From: Eukaryota sp. TZLM1-RC | Taxonomy: Eukaryota; Protista; Metamonada: BaSk clade | DNA: 64,000 nucleotides | NCBI GenBank assembly: GCA_040285825.1 | Contig: JAUPSS010000004.1 | Location: forward strand, 4,803,784-4,867,783 | Reading direction: 5' to 3' | In this document: one piece after another, positions 47,219-59,370 of the stretch | How positions within the stretch are numbered: the first letter of the stretch is position 1 | Layout of the letters: each line of letters opens with the position of its first letter | Notes under the pieces: model-generated | The model's input: only the letters and a program-made list of their open reading frames with translations | Databases searched by the model: none | What the model was told of the DNA's origin: nothing | Translations under genes and position numbers: made by a program

Positions 47219-49843
47219 GTTATGATAATAAACCTCTCAAATGTACCTTTCCGCAGGATGTCCCATGGCATTTGCAAAAGATTGACACAGGTATTGATTT
47301 ATTATTAACCAAAAACGAAGCCACGCTCCTACAGATGCTCAAAGTGTCGACAACAAGGACATAATGCTCGAACATGCCCCAATGTTGGAAAAAATGATGT
47401 GGCAAATTCTGAAACAAAATGTAAAAGGAAATTTATGAGAGGAAAAGAGTCTAAGGTAGAATCAATAAATGATGCTCCACAAGTTGTTGCAAAACCAGTT
47501 AGCAATCGATTGAAGCACAAAACTTGCAACAATTGTGGTATTTCTTTTAGAAAAAATGCAAAAGGAAAAACTTCTGATCGATGCTTGAAATGCCGCATAG
47601 TTGATAACTACCATCCTCCCATAAGAATACCGCAAGAAATTCATCCGTCAAAATGCAATGAATTTGCTTTCGTTTTTAAAAGATTTTTGGATCAATTATG
47701 TAAAAGAAAGAATGCTATCAATATTCTTTGGGAATTTTTTGGTTCTTTTTGTCCTCCTTTTGAACAAAATTTCGTAAATAATTCCGAAGATTTAACTAAT
47801 ATAGCACCGTGAAATCAATCATCCGAGAAATTAAGTAAAAATTTTGAAGACAAATACTTTGACAACAAATGGTCCAAGGCTTTGTCAGCTTTAAGTCCCG
47901 GAGTTAAAGCACCCAACAATCAAAATACAATGGATAAACTAAAAATACTTCATCCTTATGAAGACCCTATAATGGATCCAAATTTTTACGGCACATACTG
48001 GGAAAATTATCCATTGATGCCATCAGAAGTTTTTTCGGTGCTAAAAAAGAGACCACGCGGTAAGTCTGCCGGACTTTCTGGTATTGCTATTGATCATGTA
48101 AAAGCCGCGATTATTTCTTCAGAAGATTGCCTTGGTTTATTGACCAAATTTTTCAACAAAATATTGACTGGACAACTCAGATATCCAGATGAATTCAGAA
48201 GTTCTCGTTTGACTGCACTTGTCAAAAATTCAAAAATGGATGTTCGTCCTATTGCAGTCTCTGAGAGCTTACAAAATATTTTTTCTGCGTGTTGCTCAAG
48301 CAGGTTCAATGAGAAAGCAAAAAAGATTTTATTACCCTTTCAATATGGAATTAATACCACGGATGGAGTCTCTTCAGCGATATTTGCTACTGATGTTTTA
48401 TTTCGCCAAAATGAATCCAATGTTTGTATGTCATTGGATTTTAGTAATGCTTTCAATTCACTCAGTCGTCGCAGTATCCATGGTGCTCTATTGCAATATA
48501 TGCCGAAATTAATGCCGTATTTTCAATCAACATATTGCACATATTCCAATTTACATTTTGGTGATATCATTTTGAGTTCATCAAGTGGTGTAAAACAAGG
48601 ATATCCGTTAGGACCTCTTTTGTTTTGTTTGGCCATTCATCCTATTTTACTGCAAATTCAAGAGATGTTTCCTTCACTAAAAATGATTGCATATATGGAT
48701 GATGTTGTGCTTATTGGTGATTTAAATATTGTGAAACAAGCAACTGTATGTTTTAAAGAATTATTTACCAAAATTGGTCTCCGACTTAATTTACTTAAAT
48801 GCGTTTTGTTATCGAATTCTCCAGTTTCGACAATAGTTGGTGGTATTGAAATTCAAGCCAAATTATATTCAATTGATGCTATTCGTCATTTGGGTTCGTT
48901 TTTAGGAAATAATAGTGAAATTACCAAAAAATTGTTTGAAAAGTTGAACTCAATTTCTGACAAAATTGACCGAATGATGAATTTAGATATAAAAAAACAC
49001 ATCAAATTTACCATTATAAGACTGTGTTTTAATTCCAATTTTAATCATATATTTCGATCTACAAATCCTCTCGTCACTAGACCTTTGGCTCAGAAGTTTA
49101 ATGAATTACGTGCAAACGTTTTGTCACAATTACTGGGATGTTAAATGTTCCAAATTCCAGATCATGCTTATCTTAGTCCACATTATGGCGGATTAGGTTG
49201 GACAAAGGCTTCTATTCTTACTTCATGTGCTTTTATTGGTGGATGCAGAAATGCAATCTTTGAGATTTCCACAAGATTTGCAGATTGGAAAGATTTATTG
49301 ATGACAACGCAAAGTTCCACTGTTTTTGCATTAAATGAAGAAATTTCAAAAATTGATGTAGAAAAATGGGGTCGATGTTTTCCCAAATCATTCAATAGCA
49401 ATATTCCAGAAAAAAATGTTTTAAATTTGAAGTACACTCTTCGAACATTACAGAAACGATTGACTGGAATGTATGAAAATGATCTTTATAGTAATATATG
49501 CAGCTCGGCTGTTTTAAATCAAGATCTTCACTCATTGTTATTGGAAAAGGGTGTTTGTGAAAACAAGTCATCAGATTCTTCACTTTTTGTAACCATTGTA
49601 CCACGAAGATTTGGATTGTTTGTCACTAATGAAGCATTTGTAACAAAAATGAGATTATATTTGAATATCCCCATTAATCAATTATTATCAAAAGAAAAAT
49701 GTATTTGTTCGAATTCACCACAACTCACTTTGCGCCATGCTCTGAATTGTTCTAAATTGATAACTTATCGTTCTTCATTACATGATGCTGTTAGAGACAC
49801 TGTTTTCAATATGGCACAAACTGCAAGAATATCGTGTATCAAA
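47219..49843 (+). mobile_element. CRE-like non-LTR retrotransposon (zinc fingers, RT), 3'-truncated and disrupted
   Basis: CNNC..CLKC, RPIAVSE, LDFSNAFNS, GVKQGYPLGP, AYMDD, HLGS, GGLG, CIC..HALNC..HDAVRD. Confidence 0.92.
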
Positions 49844-50444
49844 CAGCCCCATCCAGTAACATATACTTTCTCAAAAACCATCTGAAAGGCAAACAATACT
49901 GTTTGTTTTAAACCAAAGTAGTAATCAAAAGTATGGATGTTGTATGACCAGATTGCTTAGTTAAAGCATCAATAATTATCAATGATTATTTATAAATTAT
50001 AATGAATTATTATTGATTATTCCCAATTTTGAGTAATTGCAAAATGTTGCAAAATTTTAGCTCACGTGATTGGATTGTAAAGGAGCTGACGGTGGAGAGG
50101 AATGGACATATAGGAAGACAGTTGTTGGTTTTAGGGCGAGTCCAACAATTATTTTGAGGAAAGCAACTGCAGGTAGAAGGTAAAAGTGAGTCAAAAATGA
50201 GTTGAAAAACATGTAAAAAGAGTACATGGGGAGAAATCCTAAGGCTTGGAAAAGAAGGTAAGTGAGGGAAATAAGAATAAATGGGAAAAAGACAATCCAG
50301 ATAAGCCACACACGAGAGCAAAGTAAGAGAGAGTAGTGAGAGGGAGACTCTTGTTGCACAAGGAAATATATTCAAGGTTCCGTTGCGACATAACCAGAAC
50401 CTAGTTTAAGAAGTGAGGGAAAAGTCAGGGAATACCAACCAACC

Positions 50445-50543
50445 AAATTGAGGGTTAAAAACCTTCCAAAACAGCAACCAGAAGTCGAAAATGGGGTGAC
50501 AAGTGTAAAATTTGATAGATGAGTTTTTTTTTCTCACCACATG
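50445..50543 (+). promoter_or_regulatory. Conserved Fanzor upstream motif, copy C
   Basis: AAATTGAGGGTTAAAAACCTTCCAAAA...AATGGGGTGACAAGTG..AATTTGA; the box is 51 nt before ATG-TCA-GAC. Confidence 0.75.
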
Positions 50544-51599
50544 TCAGACACCCACTCTGTGTCACGTGTACTCACTCTGCCTTGTACACTTAACTCGCTG
50601 CTGATCCCTGCAGCGGTGCAACAAATTCGGACTGACCTTCCTTTGGTCACCGAGATTTGTCGTGAAGCTTTTTTACTGCTTCAATCTTTTCTTTTGAATT
50701 TCCGTTGGCATCTAGAGCTTTGGTGGAACAAGATGTATGGTATTTTATTATGACGGTCATAACCACTGGTTTTTTTCTGAACCCATCCACCTTCAAAGGA
50801 CAACCCCAATTACTCCATATCTTTTACAGTGGATTCCTTCCTGAATGCCCAGAAGACAGCTCTTTTGTTTCTACATGGAAAAATTCTCTAGTTCCCTATA
50901 TAAATTCATTCAATATTGTCCTCAATGATTGGCTGCAGTCACAGAGATGCAATTTTATCATTAGAAAAGCAATTTCTCCTTACCTTGCTTTTCGGGCTCG
51001 TCAATGGGCATCTGATGTTAAGACAAGTTTACCTATAATTTGTCAATCCTGGACAAAAAACTTCATTCGTGCTCATTGTAGAGTTTCTGGATAAAACGAA
51101 TGTCTTTGCCAATTATCCTCTCTCTCTTAAACCTGATGACCCTTAGGACCTCTAGAAGCTAATGCAATAACAGAAAGTGAGCAACCCAGAGAAGTAGTTA
51201 TTCATTCTATTCTCGAACCCTACATCAATTTCCATCTTAATAATTCAAGAGAGATATTCTTTTTATTAAATGCATGTAATTTTATCTTGAGTATGTTTCA
51301 AAGATTTCCTGCCACTGCGTCTTTACTATCTTCAAGTGATAGAATCACCTTTTCATCAAGGAAATTGGTAAGCTTCTTCTGTTTAATCGTAAAGTTTCAC
51401 AATATTTACTCACTTTCTTTCATATCCATGGCTGGAAGAAATTTAGAATAATACCTTTAGCTTCTCATAAAGGTTCTAAATTTCTTAAGGTTCCTTCACA
51501 TGTTTTCCACTCTGTGAAAAAATTTCAACCTATTGAAGGATCATCTTCTAAAACAAAGCTCATTGAAAATAAATGTTTGAAACGAATATTCAAACAATG

Positions 51600-51751
51600 C
51601 TTTTAATAGATAACTTCGGTTTTTTAATCGAATAAGAGAAGCTTTAGCTAGACGGCAAGCAGATCAAGATTTTGTAGAGGAAATCTTGGTTCAATGAATT
51701 TCGTCCCATTAGTTATTATTTTGTTTTGTCAAGTGTGTAAGTTTAATAAAA
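51600..51751 (+). mobile_element. Short 3' fragment of the CRE-like retroelement inserted in Fanzor C
   Basis: Matches 60513-60662 (...REALARRQADQDFVEEILVQ* plus 3' UTR). Confidence 0.85.
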
Positions 51752-52777
51752 GTGTTGTTCAACAATGCCCTCAGCAAAAATTTAAAATCAACAGAAAAAG
51801 TTTGAAAAATAGAGTTAAAATTTTTCTTATTAAAACCTAATGGTAATGAACTGCTTCCAACATTTCAAAATAAAAATAATGACTTAGAAAACACAAATGA
51901 GCTGGATGAACCACGGAAAATGAAATGAAAAGTGACCCTGATGCCAACAAAACCAGAGAAATGCAGTTGAAGGGCACCAAAAAAATGCCCCGTCGAAGAC
52001 GTAGACATCCAGTCGAAATGTTACCTAAAAGGCTCCTTATTGGCTTTGGTTTGGGACAAACTAGATTATGTGGTTACTTCTTAAATGATAATCAATGTGG
52101 AGTTATCCCTTGTCCAGCTGGCAGAAGATACATGACAAAACCTTCACCCAGTAAATACTCTCCCAACCAATATTCCGTTCAAAATTTCAACCAATATTTG
52201 AACCATTGGAATTTGGTCAGGAGGAAAGTGTACTTGGATAGTAATCGCCAGAAATGGAAAACAATTAAATTTGATAACCGCAAACGAAAAGAGAGACAGT
52301 TCCGAGACATTCTCAACACATTTCAAAGGCTGGATGGACATCCTGAAAAACTCTACCTTGCTGTGGGCTCTGTCAATTGTCCTTCTCATTGCCGAAGGAT
52401 CAATCGATATGGAACAACAAGGGCTATTTAAAAATCGTTGTGTTATCAAAAGGACGTGAAGCACTGGTCGACCAGTGAATTTTATACAAGCAAACTATCC
52501 AGTTGTTGTATGGCCGAGATTTTTCAAGCAGGCTCATGGCAAATGCGTATTTGTACTGAGTGTCAAATTTTATATGACAGAGATATTTCCGCTGCAAAAA
52601 ATATTCAAATTAAGAAGAAAGCGGAAATGTGGCCTGAATGATACATTTGATTAGATGCTCTGTTGAGGAGATGAATGAGGAACCTGAGCATACAGAAACT
52701 AAAATATTCGAAAAAGTATTATTTAATTTTGATTTCTTGTATTGTATATTTAACTTTTTTAAAAAACTTTTGAGACC

Positions 52778-52986
52778 GATCTACAAATGCCTTAGTAGCA
52801 TTTAGTAGATCCACTTAGATACAGCAAGTCGCGAGGCTTTGTTCTGTGAAAGCAGTAGGTGCATTTAAGTGAGCTAGCCCATTGATGAAGATCATGATTG
52901 TCTTCGTCAAATGACGCTACCTGTCTCTTACGGCCTGTGAGTAGACATTGAGAAAGTTAAAAACAGGAGTGAATATCATATGGGAA
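52778..52986 (+). ncRNA. Putative omega-RNA of Fanzor C (continues at 54275-54300 after the hAT insertion)
   Basis: Hairpins GATCTACAAATGC/GCATTTAGTAGATC, CACTTAGAT/ATTTAAGTG enclosing AAGTC-GCGA-GGCTT and CTGT-GAAA-GCAG (GNRA loops), TTGATGAAGA/TCTTCGTCAA, and TGTCTCTTAC/GTGAGTAGACA. Confidence 0.7.
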
Positions 52987-54266
52987 TAGGATTTCTATTT
53001 GAGTTGAGTCAACTCATTGAGTTTCGAGTCGAGTCACTTATTATTCAAATGAGTCAACTCGACTCAACTCGTTTGACTCATGAGTCGAATCGAGTCACTT
53101 ATTATTCAAATGAGTCAACTCAACTCGACTCGTTTGACTCATGAGTCGAGTCGAGTCACTTATTATTCAAATGAGTCAAGTCGACTCACATTCGTCAACT
53201 TGCAAGGTGATCAATCCCTTGCTAAATACTTATTGACTGACATAGAAAAGCTACACTTGAAGATAATTGTTGAAATTCTGGAACTCTTTAAGGACGCCAC
53301 TGATGATGTTGAAAGTGAGTCATGTACAATTGGTGTGGCTTCTGTATCAATAAATTTGATAATCCAGAAAGCCAGAGATTTGATTACCGCAATGAACATA
53401 CCTGACTGTGTCAAAAAACCATCTACAAATATTCTCAAAAAGTGGGAAAGTGGGAGTAGAAACCGTGTACCGTATAGAAGTTTATTGTACGACGAAATGA
53501 CTTTGATTGGAACTATTATGGACCCTAGGATTAAAAACAATCCAAGTCTCTTACCAGTGGAACTACAAGAAGTCGATGCTGACTTTAGTCAACTGAATAG
53601 AATAATTCAATCAGTGAGTTCAACTAGTCAACCAACCAATGTAGAAGCTGGAACAAAGCAAACAGTAAGGAAAAAGGGATTGTTCAATAAAGTCGCTGCC
53701 AAGAAATCCAATGTAACCAATCTTCATGTCGAAAATGAACTGAAATGTTATCTCAAGGAAGGTATTGTAGATTATGAAACCGATCCCTATCTGTGGTGGA
53801 TGGAGAATGTGAAAAAGTATCCAAGCTTGGCTAAGATTGCAAAGGATTATCTTGTTGTACAACCCAGTTCCGCATCAAGTGAACGCCTATTTTCAGCCGC
53901 TAGTCAAATAATCAGCAAAAAGAGAGCAAAAAGAGAGCAAAAAGAGAGCTCGTTTGAACGAAGATACTGCAAGATGTTTGTTATGTTTAAGGTCATGGTA
54001 TAAAAAACAACACATAATGGTTGATAGTGAGTTATAGTGAGGTGAGTAGATTTTAGTTTTTACGTTTGAATATTTTGAAATAAAGTATGATTTGTATTTG
54101 ATATGACATGATATTTGAACAGAACAGTAATCAAAAATGTAAAGTCGAGTCGAGTCAATGGATGTAAGAATGGGTCAACTCGACTCAACTCGTTTGACTC
54201 ATGAGTCGAGTTGAGTCAGATAAGTTTGACTCGAGTTAACTCGACTCGACTGAAATCGAAATACTA
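52987..54266 (+). mobile_element. Non-autonomous hAT element with 8-bp TSD TATGGGAA
   Basis: TIRs TAGGATTTCTATTTGAGTTGAGTC / GACTCGACTGAAATCGAAATACTA. TSD at 52979-52986 and 54267-54274. The ORF retains IMDPRIK and the dimerisation domain (DPYLWW..YPSLAKIA..QPSSASSERLFS). Confidence 0.95.
53026..53188. repeat. ~61-bp subterminal tandem repeat (about 2.7 copies) of the hAT
   Basis: GAGTCGAGTCACTTATTATTCAAATGAGTCAACTCGACTCAACTCGTTTGACTCAT units built from GAGTC/GACTC motifs. Confidence 0.9.
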
Positions 54267-54329
54267 TATGGGAATGTATGATAACAAATATTCCCAGTAT
54301 CATTGTCAAGGACACTTTATCTTCCAGGT

Positions 54330-55823
54330 ATGAAAGCTACCAAGAACATCCAGATCTTGCTTTCCTTGTTCTCTGTACTTTCTATTGTTGCTTCTGCAGC
54401 CTTCTTTCGATTCAACTTTACCCCCACATTAGAATTCAATGATCCCCTCTTTTACATCGTCTCTTCAGAAACGCAACCGAATACGCTCCACACCTTCAAA
54501 CGATATGGTTATCGGTACGAGATCATAAACCCTTCAACTAAACAAACCCTTAAACCCAGTAGGACTCAACCATTAATCATTGTCAGTGACTCTGTCGTTC
54601 TTGCTCGTCCTCGTTTTGAAAAACTCTTCACTAAAACAATAGAATCTTTCACCAAGCACCAGAAATCGGCCAAATTTGACATTGACGATGAAGCGTGGGT
54701 TATCATTAGTACAAAAAAGTTGCAAATTCCACGTGATTTAACCAATTTAAAACATTTACCATTTTTTAATTGTTCATTCACCACCAATTGGGATCACTAC
54801 AACACTGCTAATGGAGGTCCCTTTGTCTCAGTCAAGATGGACCTGGCTCATCACCTAGTTCAACAAGCTTTAGTCGATCGTCAATTTGAACCATTCAAGA
54901 TTCTTTCAAAAGATGACTTGGCGTCCAAGCAACAGGTTTATAACCCTGACCACACTGCTTATGTTTTTGTTGTAATGGGTCCTTATGAAGCTCTGGATTG
55001 CGATTTTAACATACTTGGCCCTGAGTTTTTATCATCAGCAGTATTGTCGATTAAGCATGTCTCTAAGCACACGGACAGACGCCTTGTTTTATTAGTAGAA
55101 CAGTCTTGTTATAAAGGTTTTGCCGACTTGCTTAAAGAATTTGGGTTGAATCATGTTGAAATTGTTCCATTCACCAAAGACAATGGGGTTTGGGTGGATC
55201 AGAAAGTGTTTGGTTATAAATATAATCATGACGTCACTTTTATAGCCAAGTCTTACTATTTGATGAAGATCAATGAATATTTAGAACCTTCACGTCAGAT
55301 TGATAGACTGATCTTTATTGATCTCGACTTGTTCATCTTCACCTCTTATGACCACCTATTTGACCTTGATGTACCTCAAGAATCACTCATTGGAACCCAT
55401 GACCCCGCATTCACATTTCCCTTCAATTCTGGAATGTTTGTCATTTCCCCCGGGCATGAAGACTTTGTTAAGTGGTCATTGGAGGAGGTGCCCAGAACTA
55501 AGTTTTCTTACTATGCACCAAGGAAAAGGAAGTTGACTGGCTCTGAACAGGAAACTTTCCTTTATTGGTTTAGATCACGTAGTATGTTTTACTTTCTACC
55601 TGCCGAATATAATGAGTCTGCCCTTTTCAAATCTCAAATGATGGTTCATGGTGATGTTCATGAACCAAATGAACACATTAGCATTCATTTCTGCGGTCCA
55701 AAACCCGATGTGGAGTTGAAATCCAGTGTAGGTAGGTTGATTGTGGAACAGTACATCCCAGAATATGAAGAACTTGAAGGTAAAGTTCAACAATGGTTTG
55801 AAGGATATCTCGATGATAATTGA
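54330..55823 (+). CDS. GT8-family glycosyltransferase (type II membrane protein)
   Basis: N-terminal TM helix; IFIDLD (DxD), FNSGMFVISP, EQETF, LPAEYN, IHFCGPKP. Confidence 0.8.
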   Translation: MKATKNIQILLSLFSVLSIVASAAFFRFNFTPTLEFNDPLFYIVSSETQPNTLHTFKRYGYRYEIINPSTKQTLKPSRTQPLIIVSDSVVLARPRFEKLFTKTIESFTKHQKSAKFDIDDEAWVIISTKKLQIPRDLTNLKHLPFFNCSFTTNWDHYNTANGGPFVSVKMDLAHHLVQQALVDRQFEPFKILSKDDLASKQQVYNPDHTAYVFVVMGPYEALDCDFNILGPEFLSSAVLSIKHVSKHTDRRLVLLVEQSCYKGFADLLKEFGLNHVEIVPFTKDNGVWVDQKVFGYKYNHDVTFIAKSYYLMKINEYLEPSRQIDRLIFIDLDLFIFTSYDHLFDLDVPQESLIGTHDPAFTFPFNSGMFVISPGHEDFVKWSLEEVPRTKFSYYAPRKRKLTGSEQETFLYWFRSRSMFYFLPAEYNESALFKSQMMVHGDVHEPNEHISIHFCGPKPDVELKSSVGRLIVEQYIPEYEELEGKVQQWFEGYLDDN

Positions 55824-56199
55824 GTTTAGTATATCACGTTTGTAAATATTGTAATATAAATCGGTATAGATATGAAATCCTGTGCATCAATTGCTCAACA
55901 GATGTCAAACATTGAAAAAGTGGGTACATTTAATATGGGTCACTTCTTCCCTGTATTAAGTATTCAATACCAGGTTTAAGTCATCACAAAATGGTCCAAT
56001 ACTGTTCTCTAGTCAAGAAGCGGATACAGAGAGGCATTCCCGTTTTTTCAGGTGATTTAGTTTGGTAAGATGAATTAGTTGTTCTGTCAGCAATTCGACA
56101 ATAAATGTTTGACTAAAGAATCTGAATGTGCAATTAATTCTTCCTTGAATGGATGGTGAATTAGAAGTGTTGCAAGTTCAGTATTTCACGTTGATTGTT

Positions 56200-58480
56200 C
56201 ATAGGACAAATTGTTTCCTTTGTTATTAATAAAACGTATTATACATCCAGTGTATTTTCTTTCATCTGAAGTTTAACCGTTTAAGTTTTAACTTGGCAAA
56301 TAATATAAACTTCCTTTTTCTTTTACTTTTACGATTCTTCTTTTCGCCTTCCTCTTCAGACTTTCTTCTTTGCAAGTAAACAGGTCTTTCACTACCCTGA
56401 GCATGTGCTTCCATGATGCATTTCTATCTCTGTTCCATATACTCAAACATTCTTTACACATGGTGAGTCCATGTCTTATAGCGATCTTGTTCTTTTGCCA
56501 CGGTCGTGGATTGACAAATTTTCGAAATGTTTCAACAGTTTTTTCAGAAGTCTTACAGTTGAAACAGCAACAACTGGTACGGCATTCGTCAATGAGGTAG
56601 ACATCGTAACCAGCTTTTCTAAACATCTTTCTCATGCCTTTATTTTTTCTTTAAATTGTTTGGTTCTTTAAATTTCATGTGATTCCGCTGTGCCCAGTCG
56701 CCGATTCCAATAACGACTTCATCAGGGGAACCAATCTTATTATTGAAATTCTCAATTAAATTCTAATCTGACTTTTGCCGATTAGTATCTGCCAAGCGTC
56801 TTCAGTTCCTAAAAATAGCCTGACTGTAAAAATTACTCACAATCCTGTTAATTTTGTGTTTTCGTGTTAGATAATTCTCAAAATTTTCATACACACAGCT
56901 CTTCGAGGAACAGCTACGGAGAAAACTTTCTCATTGTGCCACATTATAACTCCGCTTTTCTTCTTTCTGAGGAGACATGAAACCCAAGTATTTAATTTTA
57001 ACTTTAACTTTTTTCCATTTTTTTTGAAAAAGTTTCTTTTGTTTCAAATCTTTTTTTTTGAAACAAACGCATCTCTTTTATGTTTCTTTGATTGCTCCTT
57101 TTTCGAGGACTTTTCGGAAGTTTCGAAATATAGTAAGTCTTCCTCATCAAAATCAGCAGCAGCTAAAATCTTGCCTCTGAAAAATTTATAGTTTATATTA
57201 TCAATATAGGACTCAGCATCCTACTGTGATTTGGGCTCAAGTCCAAATCAAGCCATTTCGAAAAAGTCCAAAAGAAACAGCCTGTCTGTTTGTCAGGATA
57301 AGTGGAACACTTGTCATGAATTTCAGAATTCTAAATGTTTAACAATTTACACAAGACCAAGTCGGTGGCTCTGTCAGCTGATAAATACTGGCCTCTATGG
57401 CCTGACTCTTCTATAAAATCATGATGAAACAAATCCATCAAGAAGGTCTTATCAATTTTAATAAACCCGGAATGCAAGACGTTTTTAAAGGCATGGCTTA
57501 AAATAACTTAGCCTCCTTCTTTTCAAAAAACTTATTCATATAGAACATCCCCTTTAAATATTTTTCAGGGTCAGTGAAAAAATCATACTTGCAGTATTTA
57601 TCCTTTTTTGAGGAAACAGGAAGAGTGTTGTCAGGTGCTCGTGCATCGTTCAAAGTTTATTTTTTTTAACATTTTTTCAATTTTTTCCACTCTTTTCATA
57701 ATTCAACATCAATGTCTTTTCTTCCGTCAATTACTAATTTTTTAACTACTCGAATCATTTTTTCAATTTTTTTTGCATTTTTCCTTAATTTTTCTTTTGC
57801 CTCTTTGCTTTTGTAGAGAAGATCTACAAACCGATTTAAATAATCAAGACAATTTCCAATGAATTTTAATTGTTCAGTCCTGTAGTGTGTACAATAAATT
57901 TTGTAAGTAACAAGAACCATTCGTCCGTGAGTGACCCATTGACTAAATTGTGAAGGCAGAAAATGCAGAAAATTTAATTGATCAATATTGAGCCACTCAA
58001 AAGGTTCAAAACTTCCCTGGAACTGAACTGAAACTTGGAGCACATTACTTTTTTTTCCAATTTTTTTCCAACTTCTTCGTTCAATGTGTGGTTAATCAAA
58101 TTTAACAACATTAAATCCGCTCGCAATGTGGGGATGAAAATCGGAAAATGCTTTAAAAAAGATGAAAGTAAATCTTTTTCATTCAACGACACAGAAGTCA
58201 TTATGTTTGAATTGAACTGGTCTTTGAAACAAGCATGTTTAAATTCGACCGATTCTTCAATTGAATTAATTTTGTTTAAAATTTGACAAACACAGATACT
58301 TAAATTCTGACTGTTTGAAGCAAAAACTTTGGAAGTGCAACTAAAGGACCTAGAGTTCTTTGTTATGCTCACTACTACTTCAACAAGAGCAATGAGAATA
58401 ATTTCGTCCTTGTCAGATATTTTGTCACCATGTACAAGAATTTCAATGTCAAGGTGTAAAATTATGATTTGCGAAGAAGA
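56200..58480 (-). mobile_element. Fanzor1 element D: exonuclease (ExoI/ExoII) plus Fanzor, internally deleted
   Basis: IILHLDIEILV..SDKDEIILIAL (58442-58450), NEKDLLSSF, PHIASGFNVVKFD (~58095-58135), HGRMVLVTY. RuvC-I LAAADFDEEDLLYF, VVIGIGDW, IDECRTSCCCFNC, CKEC..WNRDRNAS. Confidence 0.88.
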
Positions 58481-59370
58481 AGAAGGGTCCTTAGGAGGAT
58501 CTGTTTGATTTGCAGTAGAAGTAAAAGGATTACTGGTTTAGTTTGAAAAAGAAAAATTGTTGGAGAAGAAGTCCAAATCTGGTGTTGAATCATTTTCAAA
58601 CCCTTTGTTTTATCCTTTGTTTTATTTTCAAACCCTTTATTCAGGTGAAGTATTCAAGCAGCAAAATTTTGTAGAATTCCGTTCAGTCGTAGGGTAAAAG
58701 TACTTGTGAATGAAGCAATTTCCGTCAAAAAATATAGGGTCGTAAGTAGATTGGTATAGAGAATAGATCGATTGTTATTAATTCGATCGATCTTCAAACA
58801 CAGCTCTACGAAAGTGACAAGGCTTGCAGATGTGATCTAGAAAATGAGAAAAAAATTACTGACTTTTTACTAGGGTTAGCAGATCTATATCGATCTGATG
58901 GATTTTTGTTTATCGATCGATCGGTAAACAATCTTAATGCATCATAGAATGAATGTCTTTTCACCTCCTGATATGGATTAATTCAGTAGAAACCTGACAT
59001 ACAATACATTCTCTTGATGACCTTCTACTTCCAAATATTTTAAATTCTATATGGAGCAAAGTTGATCCCTCTTCAATACCACCACATAATGTCGATGATT
59101 CCTACACATTGACAGTCGCTCTTCTCCATACTACAATCAAAATTTGTCATGAAGTTTCTCTTGACAGATTGTCGAAAGGTTTGTTCTGCTTATCAAAGTA
59201 ATAAGGAGAAACTGAAAGAAGTAATAACTAAGTATAACACGTTACTCTCAAGTTATTTGGATTTAGGAAATTAAAAGAATGAATTAAGAGATGCTTCTGA
59301 AAATGCTTCATAGGTCAGTACGTTAGAGCAAGAGTTTATTTTCTTATTTTATATCATATATTTTTTTATT

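Larger units (their letters stand above)
50541..54300 (+). mobile_element. Fanzor1 element C (no exonuclease), interrupted by a retro fragment and a hAT
   Basis: N-terminus TLPCTLNSLL..VTEICREAFLLLQSF; RuvC-I LLIGFGLGQ (D>G); SEFYTSKLSSCC; CTEC..YDRDISAAKN. Structured tail ending CCCAGTAT at 54300. Confidence 0.8.

Noticed and set aside
46760-50440. Left TSD for element C (likewise for A in 4900-13200)
   Set aside because: I could not find a match to TATCATTGTC (or ATGGCCTCC) upstream by eye; these left ends remain undefined.
53026-53188. CRISPR-like array
   Set aside because: Tandem units without unique spacers, lying inside hAT termini; these are subterminal repeats.
53080-54003. hAT ORF as part of Fanzor element C
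   Set aside because: It has its own TIRs and an 8-bp TSD, so it is a later insertion into C's tail.
56195-56230. Element D right end joined to an ATG (…TGTCCTATG, minus strand)
   Set aside because: It resembles the pattern, but the downstream frame is broken and no second copy defines the boundary.
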